Origin: Nanobdellota archaeon
Lineage (GTDB): Archaea > Nanobdellota > Nanobdellia > Parvarchaeales > Parvarchaeaceae
DNA: 64,000 nucleotides
Reading direction: 5' to 3'
NCBI GenBank assembly: GCA_021802105.1
Contig: JAKAAW010000001.1
Coordinates: 8,150 to 72,149 of the forward strand
Numbering within the stretch: position 1 is the stretch's first letter; each line of letters starts with the position of its first letter. The notes beneath the pieces are model-generated. The model had not been told where the DNA came from, made no database searches, and saw nothing but the letters and a program-made list of their open reading frames with translations. Position numbers and translations under genes: made by a program. Below, in pieces: positions 45,505 to 56,725 of this stretch.

Positions 45505-45756
45505 TTATTGTTTAAGCTGTTCCAGGATTATAGTCGTGTCAGTTTTCCCTACTCCTTTTATAGCCCTCAACTGAGAGACAACAAAATCCGAAAGTTCCTG
45601 CATTCTATTATAGCTGAACTTTATCATCAGATCCCATTCTCCGCTTATAAGCATCACTTCCTTTACTCCTGATTTGTCAATTATCTCTTTTCCTATAGTA
45701 ACAGGGGATGCGCCTTCTACAACACTAACAAATATAAGAGCACCTAGTTCCTCCAT
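45505..45756 (-). CDS. Stand-alone Lrp/AsnC ligand-binding (RAM) domain protein
   Basis: ISGEWDLMIK...LR.IKGV.KT.T.IIL; no HTH. Confidence 0.85.
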   Translation of the reverse strand: MEELGALIFVSVVEGASPVTIGKEIIDKSGVKEVMLISGEWDLMIKFSYNRMQELSDFVVSQLRAIKGVGKTDTTIILEQLKQ

Positions 45757-45877
45757 AATGAGATATTTTGTACCGCAGGATATTTATATCTTAAGTGGTT
45801 CGTCTGCGGCGTAAAATACGGAAAATAGGTGAAGTATAAGCTTTAAAAACATAAGATTTCTTAATATCCCAATAGTT

Positions 45878-46522
45878 ATGGATACAGTTGACATCGAGAG
45901 AGCAGTCGTTGGAGTAAAGCAGGAGATAGATAAAGCTAAGAAGAAATTCAAGCAATCTATAGACCTAGTCATAGTTACTAAACCAAGAAGGTCCAAATCA
46001 GAGGAGCCTGTGAATACCATAGCGTTTCTGCCGAACATAGTCAGTGACGTTAAGACCTGTGCTTTTGTTGACAAGGATATGATAACGCAGTCAACAGGAA
46101 CATTCACAAAGGTAATAGCAAAGGACGAATTCGCAAGCTATGAGAAGAAGTCCATAAGGAAGCTAGTGAAAGGATATGATTATTTCTTCGCAGAGGCATC
46201 TATAATGGCACCAGTGGCCGCCAAATTCGGTAAACAACTTACTGCTCTTGATAAGATGCCTAACCCTAAGACAGGTACTGTCATCTCACCTTCTTCGAAT
46301 CTCAAAGCCGCTGAGCAGAAAGTACATTTTGCAGCCAAAGTAAATACGAAGAAAAACAATGCGGTTATAATAAAAGTCGGAGATGAGAAGACGGAAGATT
46401 CTAAGATAGTAGCTAACGTTAACATTGTGTATACGACTTTGAAATCATCATTAATCAACGGTGACGCTTCTATAAAACACATATATCTAAAGCCCACTAT
46501 GGGTAAACCGGTGAAAATATGA
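45878..46522 (+). CDS. rpl1: 50S ribosomal protein L1
   Basis: KFKQSIDL, LP, YD.F.A, KMPNPK.G, I..IYLKPTMG.PV. Confidence 0.9.
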   Translation: MDTVDIERAVVGVKQEIDKAKKKFKQSIDLVIVTKPRRSKSEEPVNTIAFLPNIVSDVKTCAFVDKDMITQSTGTFTKVIAKDEFASYEKKSIRKLVKGYDYFFAEASIMAPVAAKFGKQLTALDKMPNPKTGTVISPSSNLKAAEQKVHFAAKVNTKKNNAVIIKVGDEKTEDSKIVANVNIVYTTLKSSLINGDASIKHIYLKPTMGKPVKI

Positions 46523-47364
46523 ACAAGTCGAAAGGGTCTGTTAAGAAAACTAGGGCAGCAGAGGATTTAAGCAAGAAATTGGGAGAATATAAGACGCTCG
46601 CATTAGTAGAGGTATCTGGATTTCCTTCAAGCAATTTTGAGAAGATCAAAAAAGTACTCAGAGGAGAGGCGAATTTCGTATACACAAACAAGGTTATAAT
46701 ATACAACGCGTTAAAGGATGCGAATTCGCCTTTGGCAGATAAGGTAGAAAACATAAGACTACCAGTTCTACTGGTTTCGAATCTTAACCCATTTGACATA
46801 GTCAGAAAAGCGGTAGGTAACAAGGCGTACGCAAAGATAAAAGCAGGAGAGACAGCTAACGAGGACATAACGCTTCATAGCGGCCCGACTCCTTTCCCTC
46901 CAGGACCTATGCTCTCGCAGTTTTCGTCCATAGGTGTGAAAACGAAGAATGAGGGTGGAAAGATATCGATAACATCAGATACGATAGTGGTCAAGAAAGG
47001 AGAGGTGGTTAACGAAAAAGTCGCTTCTATACTATCCAGCATGGACATAAAGCCAAAAGAGCTGGTTCTATCGGTTCTTTACGCCTTCAATGATAAACTG
47101 GTCTTTGGCAGAGAAACTCTATATAAGGATCCTGCTGAGTACATCTCAGATATAAAGAACGCCTTCTCTAAATCTCTTTCATTATCCATCGGAGCAGGCA
47201 TATTGAACAAATATTCTGTTAAACCTATCATTAAAAAGATTTATATAGGAGTAAGATTTTTATCTGTAGATAGAAACATAGTGTCAAAGTCAACAATAAA
47301 GGATATATTGGCTAAAGCATCGGTTCAAGCCGGTGCCGTTGATAAAATTATAGGAGGGAAATAA
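46519..47364 (+). CDS. rplP0: 50S ribosomal protein P0 (uL10)
   Basis: K.GE.A..DI....GPT.FPPGP, K...GKI.I..D..V.K.GE.V. Confidence 0.92.
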   Translation: MNKSKGSVKKTRAAEDLSKKLGEYKTLALVEVSGFPSSNFEKIKKVLRGEANFVYTNKVIIYNALKDANSPLADKVENIRLPVLLVSNLNPFDIVRKAVGNKAYAKIKAGETANEDITLHSGPTPFPPGPMLSQFSSIGVKTKNEGGKISITSDTIVVKKGEVVNEKVASILSSMDIKPKELVLSVLYAFNDKLVFGRETLYKDPAEYISDIKNAFSKSLSLSIGAGILNKYSVKPIIKKIYIGVRFLSVDRNIVSKSTIKDILAKASVQAGAVDKIIGGK

Positions 47365-47369
47365 CGAAT

Positions 47370-47666
47370 ATGGAGTACGTATACGCAGCGATGTTGTTAC
47401 ACAGTTTAGGCAAAGAAATAAACGATGAGACATTGAAGAGTGTCATATCAGCGACTGGAGCCCAGCCTGACGAAGCGCAGATAAAGTCTGTTGTTTCTGC
47501 TCTCAAAGATGTTGATATTGAAAAAGTAATAAGCGAAGCTCAAATTTCTGCAGTAGCCGCGCCAGCGCCAGCTGCTGCTCCTCAACATGAATCTAAGAAA
47601 GAGGAGAAGAAAGAAGAGCCTAAAGCTGAAGAAGCAGCCGCCGGTCTAAGCAGTCTTTTCGGTTGA
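47370..47666 (+). CDS. rpl12p: 50S ribosomal stalk protein P1 (L12p)
   Basis: [11 protein letters not shown], Ala-rich hinge, [10 protein letters not shown]. Confidence 0.96.
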   Translation: MEYVYAAMLLHSLGKEINDETLKSVISATGAQPDEAQIKSVVSALKDVDIEKVISEAQISAVAAPAPAAAPQHESKKEEKKEEPKAEEAAAGLSSLFG

Positions 47667-47724
47667 ATCGAAGACGCATTTATACGATCGCGTTGTTAGA
47701 ACTAATAGGTGAATAGAGATACAT

Positions 47725-48501
47725 ATGACTATACTTGTCACGAATGATGACGGATATAAGAGCTGGGGGATCAACACTTTATATAAGGCAGCCGTTGAGG
47801 TCTTCGGCGATGACGTCGTGGCAGTGGCACCGGAAAAACTTCAGAGCTCTGCCGGCATGAGTTTCACATTCCACAAACCTCTTAGAGTGGAAAAACTTGA
47901 CTATGAAGGAATGCCATGTCTCGTAGTATCGGGCAAGCCAGCCGACTGCACTTTCATGGCTCTGAATCATTTTTATTCGGGCAGAATTGATATGGTTCTC
48001 TCTGGAGTGAATTATGGCATGAATGTAGGTCTAAGTCCGATATACTCATCAGGTACGATATCCGCTGCGCTTTACGCTGCTATCTCTAAGGTACCGAGCG
48101 TTGCCTTCTCCAAGCATCTTTCAAATTCAAAATCTCAGGATGAGATAAAAAAAGAGATGGATTCTGTGTATTCAAGATTGGTAGATATACTAGAAAAAAT
48201 CAAAAAGTCGTCATTCCCGCCGGACATAGAATTGCTGAACATTAACTTTCCTAAATCGCTTGAAAAGGACACATCTATAAAGGTGGTCAAGGCAGACAGG
48301 AAAGTTTTCCAGGATGTCGTGCAGCAGAGAGAGGACCCGCTTAAGAGACCTTATTACTGGCTTTACGGGACGCTTAGAAAAGATCTGGATCCGAATGCCG
48401 ACGTCGCAAATCTTCTTAACGGAAATATAACGGTAACACCGATAGAACTCCACACATCTGATGAGGAGAAACTGTCATCTATAAGAAGGATGTTCCTATG
48501 A
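47725..48501 (+). CDS. surE: 5'/3'-nucleotidase SurE
   Basis: ILVTNDDG, VAP...QS, G.PADC, SGVN.G.N, YSSGT. Confidence 0.93.
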   Translation: MTILVTNDDGYKSWGINTLYKAAVEVFGDDVVAVAPEKLQSSAGMSFTFHKPLRVEKLDYEGMPCLVVSGKPADCTFMALNHFYSGRIDMVLSGVNYGMNVGLSPIYSSGTISAALYAAISKVPSVAFSKHLSNSKSQDEIKKEMDSVYSRLVDILEKIKKSSFPPDIELLNINFPKSLEKDTSIKVVKADRKVFQDVVQQREDPLKRPYYWLYGTLRKDLDPNADVANLLNGNITVTPIELHTSDEEKLSSIRRMFL

Positions 48502-49634
48502 ACATTAAGATAGGAATGCTAGTACCTGCTATCGTAGCCGCCGCTTTTATAATCTATTTTGTCCTGTTCTACTCAAACGGATATCTGCAGCAGCCATCAA
48601 TAAACTCGTCATTTTTATCGATAGGCGTTTCGGCCTGTCAACAGTGTTCTTACAACGTTCCTTCATTCGTATATGGTCTACTCAGCGGTCAGGGTTACAC
48701 TAACTCACGTGTTTCCCTGGATTTTGGTAGCCAGCAGGCCAATAAAGTCATATCAAATTCTTTGATAACCTCACTGCCGTCTGTAGTGGTACCTGCCACA
48801 TCGTCAGCGGCTAACATACTAGACGCATTAGTATACCTTAACGTCTTTAATCTAGGAGGAAACGATTTCGTATTGAATACTCCTTTTTTGTCAGGTCTCA
48901 CTAAAAACGTCACTTTCTATTCTGTTATCCAGAACAGGACTATAACCTCGTATGATATCTACAACGTCTCCGCAGTGTACGGTGTACACTCTTCTTCACC
49001 GTTTCTAAATCTTCTTAACCCCAGCGAATTCTTATTGCAGGTGAATGCGTCAAACATGTCATCAGCTAACAAGACGGTAGTACAGTTCATATATGACAAC
49101 TCTCCTTTCAGCGCAGTGCAGAGTCTGGTGCTGAAAAGTGCACTAGACAATTTTGGAAATTTCACTTCGGTGTATACTATCAAGTCTAAGACAATCAACG
49201 TGTCTTCATCACAGTACCTTGGCCCTGATACCCTTTATAATTTTGGTAAAATGCAGTTTCAGAGCGATTATTTTGACTTTCAGGCTTATAATATCAGTCT
49301 GCTTAACAGCCAGACAGCACAGAGAAATCTTTTTCAGTACGATCAGAATGCCGCCGCCAGCATAAATTCCGTTTATGGGTCATTTACTCCGTTCCTTGAC
49401 ATAGGCGGCAAGTTTATAGAGGTGTCCTCTATGCTTAGGCCGTCGGTTTTTAACGGTATGAACTTGACTCAGGTACATAGCTTAATAGTTTCTAATTCGA
49501 CCGTAAACAAGATGTTCAGTGACAGCGTAGCGTTTGTCGACGCGGCTCTTTGCTCTTTCTCTAACGTTAAAGCAAATGTATGTGATACTAACGCTGTAAA
49601 ACAGCAGGAACTAAACATTCTGCAGCAGATTTAA
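48498..49634 (+). CDS. Membrane-anchored extracellular protein, C-terminal half DUF929-like
   Basis: N-terminal TM, CQQC, AL..FG.F, PFLDIGGK, AALC; family call tentative. Confidence 0.5.
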   Translation: MNIKIGMLVPAIVAAAFIIYFVLFYSNGYLQQPSINSSFLSIGVSACQQCSYNVPSFVYGLLSGQGYTNSRVSLDFGSQQANKVISNSLITSLPSVVVPATSSAANILDALVYLNVFNLGGNDFVLNTPFLSGLTKNVTFYSVIQNRTITSYDIYNVSAVYGVHSSSPFLNLLNPSEFLLQVNASNMSSANKTVVQFIYDNSPFSAVQSLVLKSALDNFGNFTSVYTIKSKTINVSSSQYLGPDTLYNFGKMQFQSDYFDFQAYNISLLNSQTAQRNLFQYDQNAAASINSVYGSFTPFLDIGGKFIEVSSMLRPSVFNGMNLTQVHSLIVSNSTVNKMFSDSVAFVDAALCSFSNVKANVCDTNAVKQQELNILQQI

Positions 49635-49675
49635 CGCGTCGGTAGTTTTATATTTTACCATTTAATAGATATTGT

Positions 49676-50533
49676 ATGGAAAATATACCTTCTAAACAAA
49701 AGCCGTTTGATTTTGTAACAACTGAAAAACCGTCTCCTAAACCTAGGAACAGCGGAGTGATAGAGATAAGGGGCCCCTACTATTCCGCAGTAACCGCAGG
49801 ATACGTTAATAATCTGCTGGATGACTGGGGAGAGTACATAGACGGTCTTAAATTCGCAGGAGGCTCATTTAGCCTACTCCAGGAAGATAAACTAAAAGAG
49901 TATGTAAAAATCTGCCATGATCACGGCGTGTTCGTTGATACGGGTGGATGGATAGAGAGGGTATTAGTAGATGGGAAGGAAGCCGTTGACAAATACATAA
50001 CAAAGTGCAAAGATATAGGATTCGACGTAATAGAAGTATCAAGTGGGATGGCGCCGGAAGTTATGAAAATGCCGCTAGAGGATAAAATCGCTATAGTCAA
50101 AAAGATAAGCAGCATGGGTATGAAGCCAAAACCAGAAGTGTCTCTCATGATAGGCGCCGGTGGCGGAACTCACATAAGCGGCTATGAAGAAGAGATAAAA
50201 TACAGAGATATTGAAGATTTTATAAAAGAAACTAGAGCATATCTCGATGCAGGCGCAAAACTTATAATGGTCGAGTCTGAGGGAATAACAGAAGACCTGC
50301 CTCCTGAGAGATGGAGAAAGGACGTCATAAAAAGACTATTAAATGAATTCGGATATGAGAAATTAATGTTCGAATCATCAGACCCCGAAGTCTTTAAGTG
50401 GTATTTGAAGAACGTGAGCAAAGATGTTAACCTGTTTATAGACCATTCTCAGATAGTGGAGTTCACGGCTTGGAAGTACGGTCTATGGGGAGACCGAGAC
50501 ATCTGGAAAGATAAAACCATAGGGTATAAATAA
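49676..50533 (+). CDS. Phosphosulfolactate synthase (ComA)-like protein, HSA32-type
   Basis: KPR..G..EIRGPYY, DGLKFAGGS, IEVSSG, KPEV, IMVESEGITE, VNLFIDHSQ. Confidence 0.85.
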   Translation: MENIPSKQKPFDFVTTEKPSPKPRNSGVIEIRGPYYSAVTAGYVNNLLDDWGEYIDGLKFAGGSFSLLQEDKLKEYVKICHDHGVFVDTGGWIERVLVDGKEAVDKYITKCKDIGFDVIEVSSGMAPEVMKMPLEDKIAIVKKISSMGMKPKPEVSLMIGAGGGTHISGYEEEIKYRDIEDFIKETRAYLDAGAKLIMVESEGITEDLPPERWRKDVIKRLLNEFGYEKLMFESSDPEVFKWYLKNVSKDVNLFIDHSQIVEFTAWKYGLWGDRDIWKDKTIGYK

Positions 50534-50536
50534 GTT

Positions 50537-51916
50537 TTATCTAACAACCAGCATTTTGAACAAATCTCGTAAATTTTTAACCTCGTCTATCTTCCATAAA
50601 AAGTCTAGCACTTTTCTTGTCCTTTTTTCACCGAGATTATGTGATGCTAGATGTATGAACTTGTTTTCTATCTCCTCATCGCTCATCGGATTCTTGGGGT
50701 GCCCACGCTGAAAATATTCCTCTTTAGAGATAGTTTTCCCATTCTTCAGCTTTATCGTTATTCTGTTCGCTATCCCTCTGTAAGGGTATGCGTCAGTGAA
50801 TTCGGAATCCTCAACCACTTTCACCTTCTTCAGGAATTCCAGAGTTCTCTTATCTCTAAATCTATCGCGTGCGAACTGTTTCTCCGTGACTTCTCCATCC
50901 ATAAGAGCAACCGTTGCTATGTATGCTATACTGTGGTCTGCTGTTTCTTTAGTCATAGGGTTCCATTTCTGCGGTTCTTTATCTCTGTCTCCGATTATTG
51001 TGAAACCAGCTTCCTGCGTGTCTATTCTCATCGATTCGATATCATTTATACTTCTTATCTCCTTTCTTAACTCGAGAGCTATGTCTATTGCGCTTTGCGA
51101 GTGTATCTCCCCATCATTTTTCTTTATGTAACTCTTTTCCAGCATGAATTCCGACCCATTTTTGCCGAAAATCGATGTATCTATGCTGAATTTTCCAGAT
51201 ACTTGGTTTTGAAAACCCCATTTTCCTTCTACCATCTCTGAAGGACCTGTAAAACCAACACCAGCCAACATCGCGGAGAAGACTGCGTTTCTCACCGTGT
51301 TTGAAGCTGCAGCCGCTTTCCAGTTCGACAGCTCGCCGACTCTATTCTGTCTTGTAGAAAGGTTATTCAACGCTATATTAACTGACTGTGTGGATTTCTC
51401 TGTAGAGAGACCCATAAGTTTGGAAGCTGCCAGGGCATTTCCTATAAGCAGATAATTTACGTGGTCCCATCCTCTGCTTCTAAGGCTAGCAGCATCACAT
51501 AATCTACACTGTATTTCATAACCTATTAGTGTTGATAGAATTATGTCTTTGCCGTTTTTTCCGAAAGCCTCTGCTATAGAGAGAATGCCAGCTATATTAT
51601 CACTCGGATGTGCTGGCTCTTTAGACAGATAAGTGTCGTTCCAATCTAGATACCTCATTGCATAGCCATTACTGAAAGCCGCATAATCTGGCGGACACCT
51701 AATATTTGTGCCGATTAGAGTGGAAGTAGGTCCAGTTTTAGGTTGCCACGAGGAGATCTTCCTTACGGATCTCACCGAATCAACTCTAAAAGTGTTTATG
51801 CCACATGCAAGCGTGTCTATAAATCTTCTTTTTGTTTCATGTATAGCACTGTCAGATATATCTGAATAGTCAAGACCGTTAGAATATTCTGCCAATTTTC
51901 GCGCTATTTCGGTCAT
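50537..51916 (-). CDS. prpD: MmgE/PrpD family (2-methylcitrate dehydratase-like)
   Basis: RYLDWNDTY, HPSDN, GWDHV, R.GELS.WK, ETADHS, GHP.NPM. Confidence 0.88.
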   Translation of the reverse strand: MTEIARKLAEYSNGLDYSDISDSAIHETKRRFIDTLACGINTFRVDSVRSVRKISSWQPKTGPTSTLIGTNIRCPPDYAAFSNGYAMRYLDWNDTYLSKEPAHPSDNIAGILSIAEAFGKNGKDIILSTLIGYEIQCRLCDAASLRSRGWDHVNYLLIGNALAASKLMGLSTEKSTQSVNIALNNLSTRQNRVGELSNWKAAAASNTVRNAVFSAMLAGVGFTGPSEMVEGKWGFQNQVSGKFSIDTSIFGKNGSEFMLEKSYIKKNDGEIHSQSAIDIALELRKEIRSINDIESMRIDTQEAGFTIIGDRDKEPQKWNPMTKETADHSIAYIATVALMDGEVTEKQFARDRFRDKRTLEFLKKVKVVEDSEFTDAYPYRGIANRITIKLKNGKTISKEEYFQRGHPKNPMSDEEIENKFIHLASHNLGEKRTRKVLDFLWKIDEVKNLRDLFKMLVVR

Positions 51917-52040
51917 ACAATAACAAATTATCCGATAAATATAAGTGCTTCAATAGCCTGCTAAAAGGAGTGTATTACACTCAAAATCAGGCTCAGTAAA
52001 GTTTTCTGGTTATTTATACAGGATATATTCTTATTATTTT

Positions 52041-52901
52041 ATGAAATACGCTGATTATACAGTGGGTGTAATAAGCATGAACTCCGTGTTCAGTGGATCT
52101 GGAAATCCATATATAATCAGAAGAAGCATAAAAAAGGCCAAAGAGATGGATCTTGACCTATTGATAGCTCCAGAATGGGGACTAATGTCAAGATACAGTG
52201 AGAAGTTTAGAATGGCCCCTAGAGACGCCAAAAAGCTAATCCCGAGCGATGAGCAGAAATTAATTAACCCAGCGTACATCAGACTTCCATATTCCCCTAG
52301 AGAGGCAAGGTCTCTTATAAGCATACTAGAAAAAGACTCAAAAGGCAGCGATATGATTATAATGCCAGGGTCAATGATGATATACACAGACAGCAAGCAC
52401 ATGTACAATACTATGCCAGTTATAAGTAACGGTAACATCGTGTACTCGGTAATAAAAAACTATGATGGAGGTAGTAAATCTTTTTCTCCTGATAAGTATA
52501 TCGGACGTAAAAAGGCTATGTTCAAGCTGTGGCCTGATTCCAGGAATTTTAATGATTTTAAAAAAGTGTCTGTTTTCACGCAAAATGGAATAAATTTCGG
52601 TGTAGAAGTGTGCGCAGATGCTGGTGTATTGGGAAAATCTACTGGTAAAGATTCTCTTGATATACAGGTTCTTATTTCGGCGGGTAGTAGATGGACAGAC
52701 TTAACCGCACTGAAGAAAAGCGGCTACGTAATATTCTGTGATGGAGACCCTTATAAGAGGACATACGGACATGTCACTGTTGAGGAATGTATATATTCAC
52801 CTGGACCAGTTTCTGTGGGATTAAAAGAATCAAAGACGTTTTTAGATCATGAGATTGTGAACAACAACTTATATGTGTACCACCTTGATATAAAACGTTA
52901 A
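52041..52901 (+). CDS. Divergent carbon-nitrogen hydrolase (nitrilase-fold) protein
   Basis: LLIAPE, YNT...K, GVEVCAD giving a plausible E-K-C triad. Confidence 0.55.
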   Translation: MKYADYTVGVISMNSVFSGSGNPYIIRRSIKKAKEMDLDLLIAPEWGLMSRYSEKFRMAPRDAKKLIPSDEQKLINPAYIRLPYSPREARSLISILEKDSKGSDMIIMPGSMMIYTDSKHMYNTMPVISNGNIVYSVIKNYDGGSKSFSPDKYIGRKKAMFKLWPDSRNFNDFKKVSVFTQNGINFGVEVCADAGVLGKSTGKDSLDIQVLISAGSRWTDLTALKKSGYVIFCDGDPYKRTYGHVTVEECIYSPGPVSVGLKESKTFLDHEIVNNNLYVYHLDIKR

Positions 52902-52910
52902 GCCTCTAAA

Positions 52911-53915
52911 TTAATACGCGGAATTATACGGCTCTTTTCCTTTTCCAAATATTCTTTCAATTTCCTTAATACTGTTATTATCTACATTTTCTGGTAACAT
53001 TATCCTTGGTTCTATAACTAGGTCTCCTCTATTCCTACTATCTATAAACAATCCCTTACCTTTCAAGACAATTGGGTTTGAATGACTATCTACAAGGATA
53101 TATTCCTTTCCATCTGGTGTAGCAACCTCAACCTTCTTTCCGGATAATACATCGAATAAACTGATGTGCAGCACCGTTCTTATATTATGCCCATCTACTG
53201 CGAACCTGTCATCTCCTTTTATATGGAAGACCACATACAGGTCTCCTTTACGTCCACGGGCGTCTGCCTCTCCTTTACCTTCTAAGACAACATAGTCTCC
53301 TTCAACTATCCCTCTTTTTATAGGTACAATTATAGTATCTGTCTTATGGGTTGTCCCTCTACCACGACACTCCACGCACACTTTAACTGGTATGTACCCT
53401 TTCCCCCTGCAAGTGCCGCACGGCGCCATCATGACGAATGTAGATGAGAACTGTTTAGTAGTACGCCTTACTCTTCCAGTTCCTCTGCAATCCCTGCACG
53501 TTTTCTTTTCTTCGGCGCCAGTACCGTCGCATCTCTCACAGGCAACATTATGTTCTATCGTTAAGGATTTCTCGTTCTTCTGGAACAGCTCTGATACAGT
53601 AATCTCCGTGTCTAGTCTAGTGTTAACTTTCTGAGGACCGAAACCGAAGCTGCTAAATATATCTTCGAATCCTCCTAAATCGAAATTGAATATATCTTGG
53701 AATCCTCTTCCACTAACTTCGTTATCCTCGGAGTTTCCTCTGTTAGTCAAGATTCTATAGGCTTCGTTTATCTCCTTGAACTTTTCTTCTGCTTCTTTGC
53801 TTCCTTTATTCAGGTCTGGATGATGTTTCTTTGCGAGGATCTTATATGCTTTTTTTATCTCTTCCTCTGTGGCTCCTGGTTTTAAATTTAGTACTTTATA
53901 GGGGTCTTTATCCAT
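52911..53915 (-). CDS. dnaJ: Chaperone DnaJ
   Basis: HPD J-domain, G/F region, four CxxCxGxG. Confidence 0.95.
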   Translation of the reverse strand: MDKDPYKVLNLKPGATEEEIKKAYKILAKKHHPDLNKGSKEAEEKFKEINEAYRILTNRGNSEDNEVSGRGFQDIFNFDLGGFEDIFSSFGFGPQKVNTRLDTEITVSELFQKNEKSLTIEHNVACERCDGTGAEEKKTCRDCRGTGRVRRTTKQFSSTFVMMAPCGTCRGKGYIPVKVCVECRGRGTTHKTDTIIVPIKRGIVEGDYVVLEGKGEADARGRKGDLYVVFHIKGDDRFAVDGHNIRTVLHISLFDVLSGKKVEVATPDGKEYILVDSHSNPIVLKGKGLFIDSRNRGDLVIEPRIMLPENVDNNSIKEIERIFGKGKEPYNSAY

Positions 53916-53949
53916 AACTTAGTAGATAAATATGCACCTGTTAAAATAC

Positions 53950-55764
53950 CTATTGTGAAGCGTCGTTGTCGTCTTTTTTGACATTATCTTGCTCATTTCC
54001 ACTAGGTTGTTCAGAAGGTTTATACATTTGCGTGCCTATTTTTCTCATGACTTCATCCATCTTTTTTCTATTTTCTCTTAGCTTGTCTATATCGCCTTTT
54101 TCTATGTTTTCTTTTGTTTCTTTTATTATATTTTCCGCGTCTTTTCTGTCCTCTTCGCTTATTTTATCCTTAAAATCAGTCAATGTTTTTTCAAGCGCAA
54201 AAGTTAGCGCAGACGACTCATTTTTGAACTCTATCTCCTCTTTTTTCTTTTTATCTTCCTCTTCGAATTTCTTTGCGTTTTCAACCATTTCATCTATCTT
54301 CTCTTTTGATAGTTTGTTTGGGGCGGTTATCGTTATTTTCTGGGACTTATTTGTAGCCTTGTCCATCGCGGTAACACTGAGTATCCCATTCGCGTCTATA
54401 TCGAAAGTAACCTCTATCTGTGGTACCCCTCTAGGTGCCGTTGGTATTCCCTCTAAGTTGAACATTCCAAGGCTTATATTATCCTTAGCCAAAGGTCTTT
54501 CTCCCTGTAAAACATGTATCGTTACAGACGTCTGATAATCATCGGCTGTGGAGAATACCTTGCTAGTTTTTATCGGTATGGTTGTATTTCTTTCTATAAG
54601 CGGTGTAGCTACCCCTCCGAGAGTTTCTATGCTGAGAGTCAAAGGAGTTACATCCAACAATACTATATCTTTTATGTCACCTGCCAGCACTGCGCCTTGT
54701 ATTGCCGCCCCCAGCGCTACAGCTTCCATAGGGTCAACGCCTCTCTCTATTTTATTACCGAACAGGTCTGTTAAGAATTTCTGCACCACAGGCATTCTGG
54801 TTGGTCCCCCTACTAGAATTATCTTTGCTATGTCATTCTTTGATAGTTTTGCGTCTTTAAGGACATTCTCTATCGGGTCTCTCGATCTTTCTATGATAGG
54901 TCTAACTAGGCTCTCGAGCGTAGCCCTGGTAATCTTCATGTCTATACTTTTCGGCGCATTGTCCTTGATAGTTATATAAGGCAATGTTATATCGGTCTCA
55001 AGGACTGTCGATAGCTCTATCTTAGCTTTTTCTGCTGCGTCTCTTACTCTTTGGTATGCCGTCTTGTCATCTTTTAAATCTACACCTTCTTTTGCTTTGA
55101 AATCTTTAATTATATAATCTACAAGAGTCTGGTCCATATCCACGCCGCCTAGCTGCACGTCTCCAGACGTCGCAAGCACTTCAAAAGTACCGTTGCTTAT
55201 CTCCATAAGAGTTACATCTAGCGTTCCTCCCCCCAAATCGTAAACCATTACCTTGATATCATTTGATTTGTCTAGGCCGTAGGCCATCGCCGCAGCTGTC
55301 GGTTCATTTATTATCCTGACTACTTCTAATCCGGCTATCTGCCCTGCGTCCTTTGTCGCCTGCCTCTGATTGTCGTTGAAATAGGCTGGAACTGTTATAA
55401 CTGCTTTCGAAACCTTTGATCCAAGAAAAGATTCAGCATCCCTTTTTATTTTCTGCAATACAAAGGCAGATATCTGCTGCGGCGTATACACCTTACCACT
55501 GATAGAATAGGTGTAGTCTGTTCCTATCTTCCTCTTGGCTGCGAATATGGTGTTTTCCGGATTCGATACAGCCTGTCGTCTTGCAGGCTCTCCAACGATA
55601 ACTTCCCCTGTTTTTGCGAAAGCGACAACCGATGGGAACATTTTACCTGCCACTGTCGCACCCTCAGCACTAGGTATTATAACAGGCTTCCCGCCCATGA
55701 CTGCAGCAGCCTGGCTGTTTGATGTACCTAAATCTATACCTATTATCCTCTCTTTTTCCGTCAT
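53950..55764 (-). CDS. dnaK: Chaperone DnaK
   Basis: [50 protein letters not shown]. Confidence 0.98.
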   Translation of the reverse strand: MTEKERIIGIDLGTSNSQAAAVMGGKPVIIPSAEGATVAGKMFPSVVAFAKTGEVIVGEPARRQAVSNPENTIFAAKRKIGTDYTYSISGKVYTPQQISAFVLQKIKRDAESFLGSKVSKAVITVPAYFNDNQRQATKDAGQIAGLEVVRIINEPTAAAMAYGLDKSNDIKVMVYDLGGGTLDVTLMEISNGTFEVLATSGDVQLGGVDMDQTLVDYIIKDFKAKEGVDLKDDKTAYQRVRDAAEKAKIELSTVLETDITLPYITIKDNAPKSIDMKITRATLESLVRPIIERSRDPIENVLKDAKLSKNDIAKIILVGGPTRMPVVQKFLTDLFGNKIERGVDPMEAVALGAAIQGAVLAGDIKDIVLLDVTPLTLSIETLGGVATPLIERNTTIPIKTSKVFSTADDYQTSVTIHVLQGERPLAKDNISLGMFNLEGIPTAPRGVPQIEVTFDIDANGILSVTAMDKATNKSQKITITAPNKLSKEKIDEMVENAKKFEEEDKKKKEEIEFKNESSALTFALEKTLTDFKDKISEEDRKDAENIIKETKENIEKGDIDKLRENRKKMDEVMRKIGTQMYKPSEQPSGNEQDNVKKDDNDASQ

Positions 55765-56219
55765 ATTGCTATTTTCACCTTCGGATAACGTATTATCCTG
55801 TCATTTAACTTGTATCCTGTTTGTATCTCTTCAATTATTTTACCCGCCTCTTCTTTTATACTTTCTGTAGCTATGGCTTCTGCTATATCTGGCGAGTAGT
55901 CTTTGCCTACAATGTCCATCTTTGTCAGACCATATGATTTCAATACACTGTAAATAGATTTCATAAGCGCCTCTATATCTTTGTCTTTGTTGTTTTTCAT
56001 AACGTTATCAAAATCGTCGAGGACCTTTATCATATCAAAAATTATCTTTTCTCTGATTAGTCTCTCGGACTCTATAAGTTGTTTGTCAAGCGTTTTTCTG
56101 TAGTTATCAAACTCAGCGAGGAGATATAGATATTTTTCCCTATACTCATTGTCACCGTCAGTAACATTTTTCTCTTGCTCAGCGGCGTTGCTGTCATGAT
56201 TCAGGTTTTCCTCCTCCAT
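55761..56219 (-). CDS. grpE: Nucleotide exchange factor GrpE
   Basis: AEFDNYRK, GY.L..R.IR...V; upstream of dnaK. Confidence 0.93.
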   Translation of the reverse strand: MEEENLNHDSNAAEQEKNVTDGDNEYREKYLYLLAEFDNYRKTLDKQLIESERLIREKIIFDMIKVLDDFDNVMKNNKDKDIEALMKSIYSVLKSYGLTKMDIVGKDYSPDIAEAIATESIKEEAGKIIEEIQTGYKLNDRIIRYPKVKIAI

Positions 56220-56244
56220 AGAAATTTATTCTGGTATTATCTTT

Positions 56245-56715
56245 TTATAAATCTTTCCTACGTTCATAAATGAGCAGTAAGGAGATTATAAGTATAGAAA
56301 ATATCGCTATGTGCCCGAGTGTGCACAGCAGACAGATAGCATCCAGTACAAACAGTTCTAAATAAATCAAGTATACTGACAGGATTGCACCGAATGCAGC
56401 GAATACCAGAACTACGTACGTAAACGAGTCGTTAAGTCTTCTTTTATCTGGACTTATCACCATTATTGATGATAACACCAAAAGAACGGCGAAGAACACT
56501 ATTCCTAGATAATAGTTGCCTATACCTAAGAAAAGTTCAGAGTATTGACTGGTAACCACTTTACCGCAGTCTATCACAGTACTAGCTATAGAACATGAAT
56601 TTTGTGGTATTATACTAGCACCAAAAGATAAAGCCAGATAGGTCATAGCAAAAAGGCCGATTATACTGAACGCAACAAGCAGATATTTAGATACGCTAAG
56701 GGATCTATCTTTCAT
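56245..56715 (-). CDS. Vitamin K epoxide reductase (VKOR) family protein
   Basis: C...C..V.TS.YS loop and CLLC in TM4. Confidence 0.88.
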   Translation of the reverse strand: MKDRSLSVSKYLLVAFSIIGLFAMTYLALSFGASIIPQNSCSIASTVIDCGKVVTSQYSELFLGIGNYYLGIVFFAVLLVLSSIMVISPDKRRLNDSFTYVVLVFAAFGAILSVYLIYLELFVLDAICLLCTLGHIAIFSILIISLLLIYERRKDL

Positions 56716-56725
56716 AGAATTAACT

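Noticed and set aside
53966-55870. Long antisense ORFs over dnaK (also over sucC, ileS, alaS and the antiporters)
   Set aside because: Codon-bias shadows of conserved genes with S/F/L/I-rich nonsense translations
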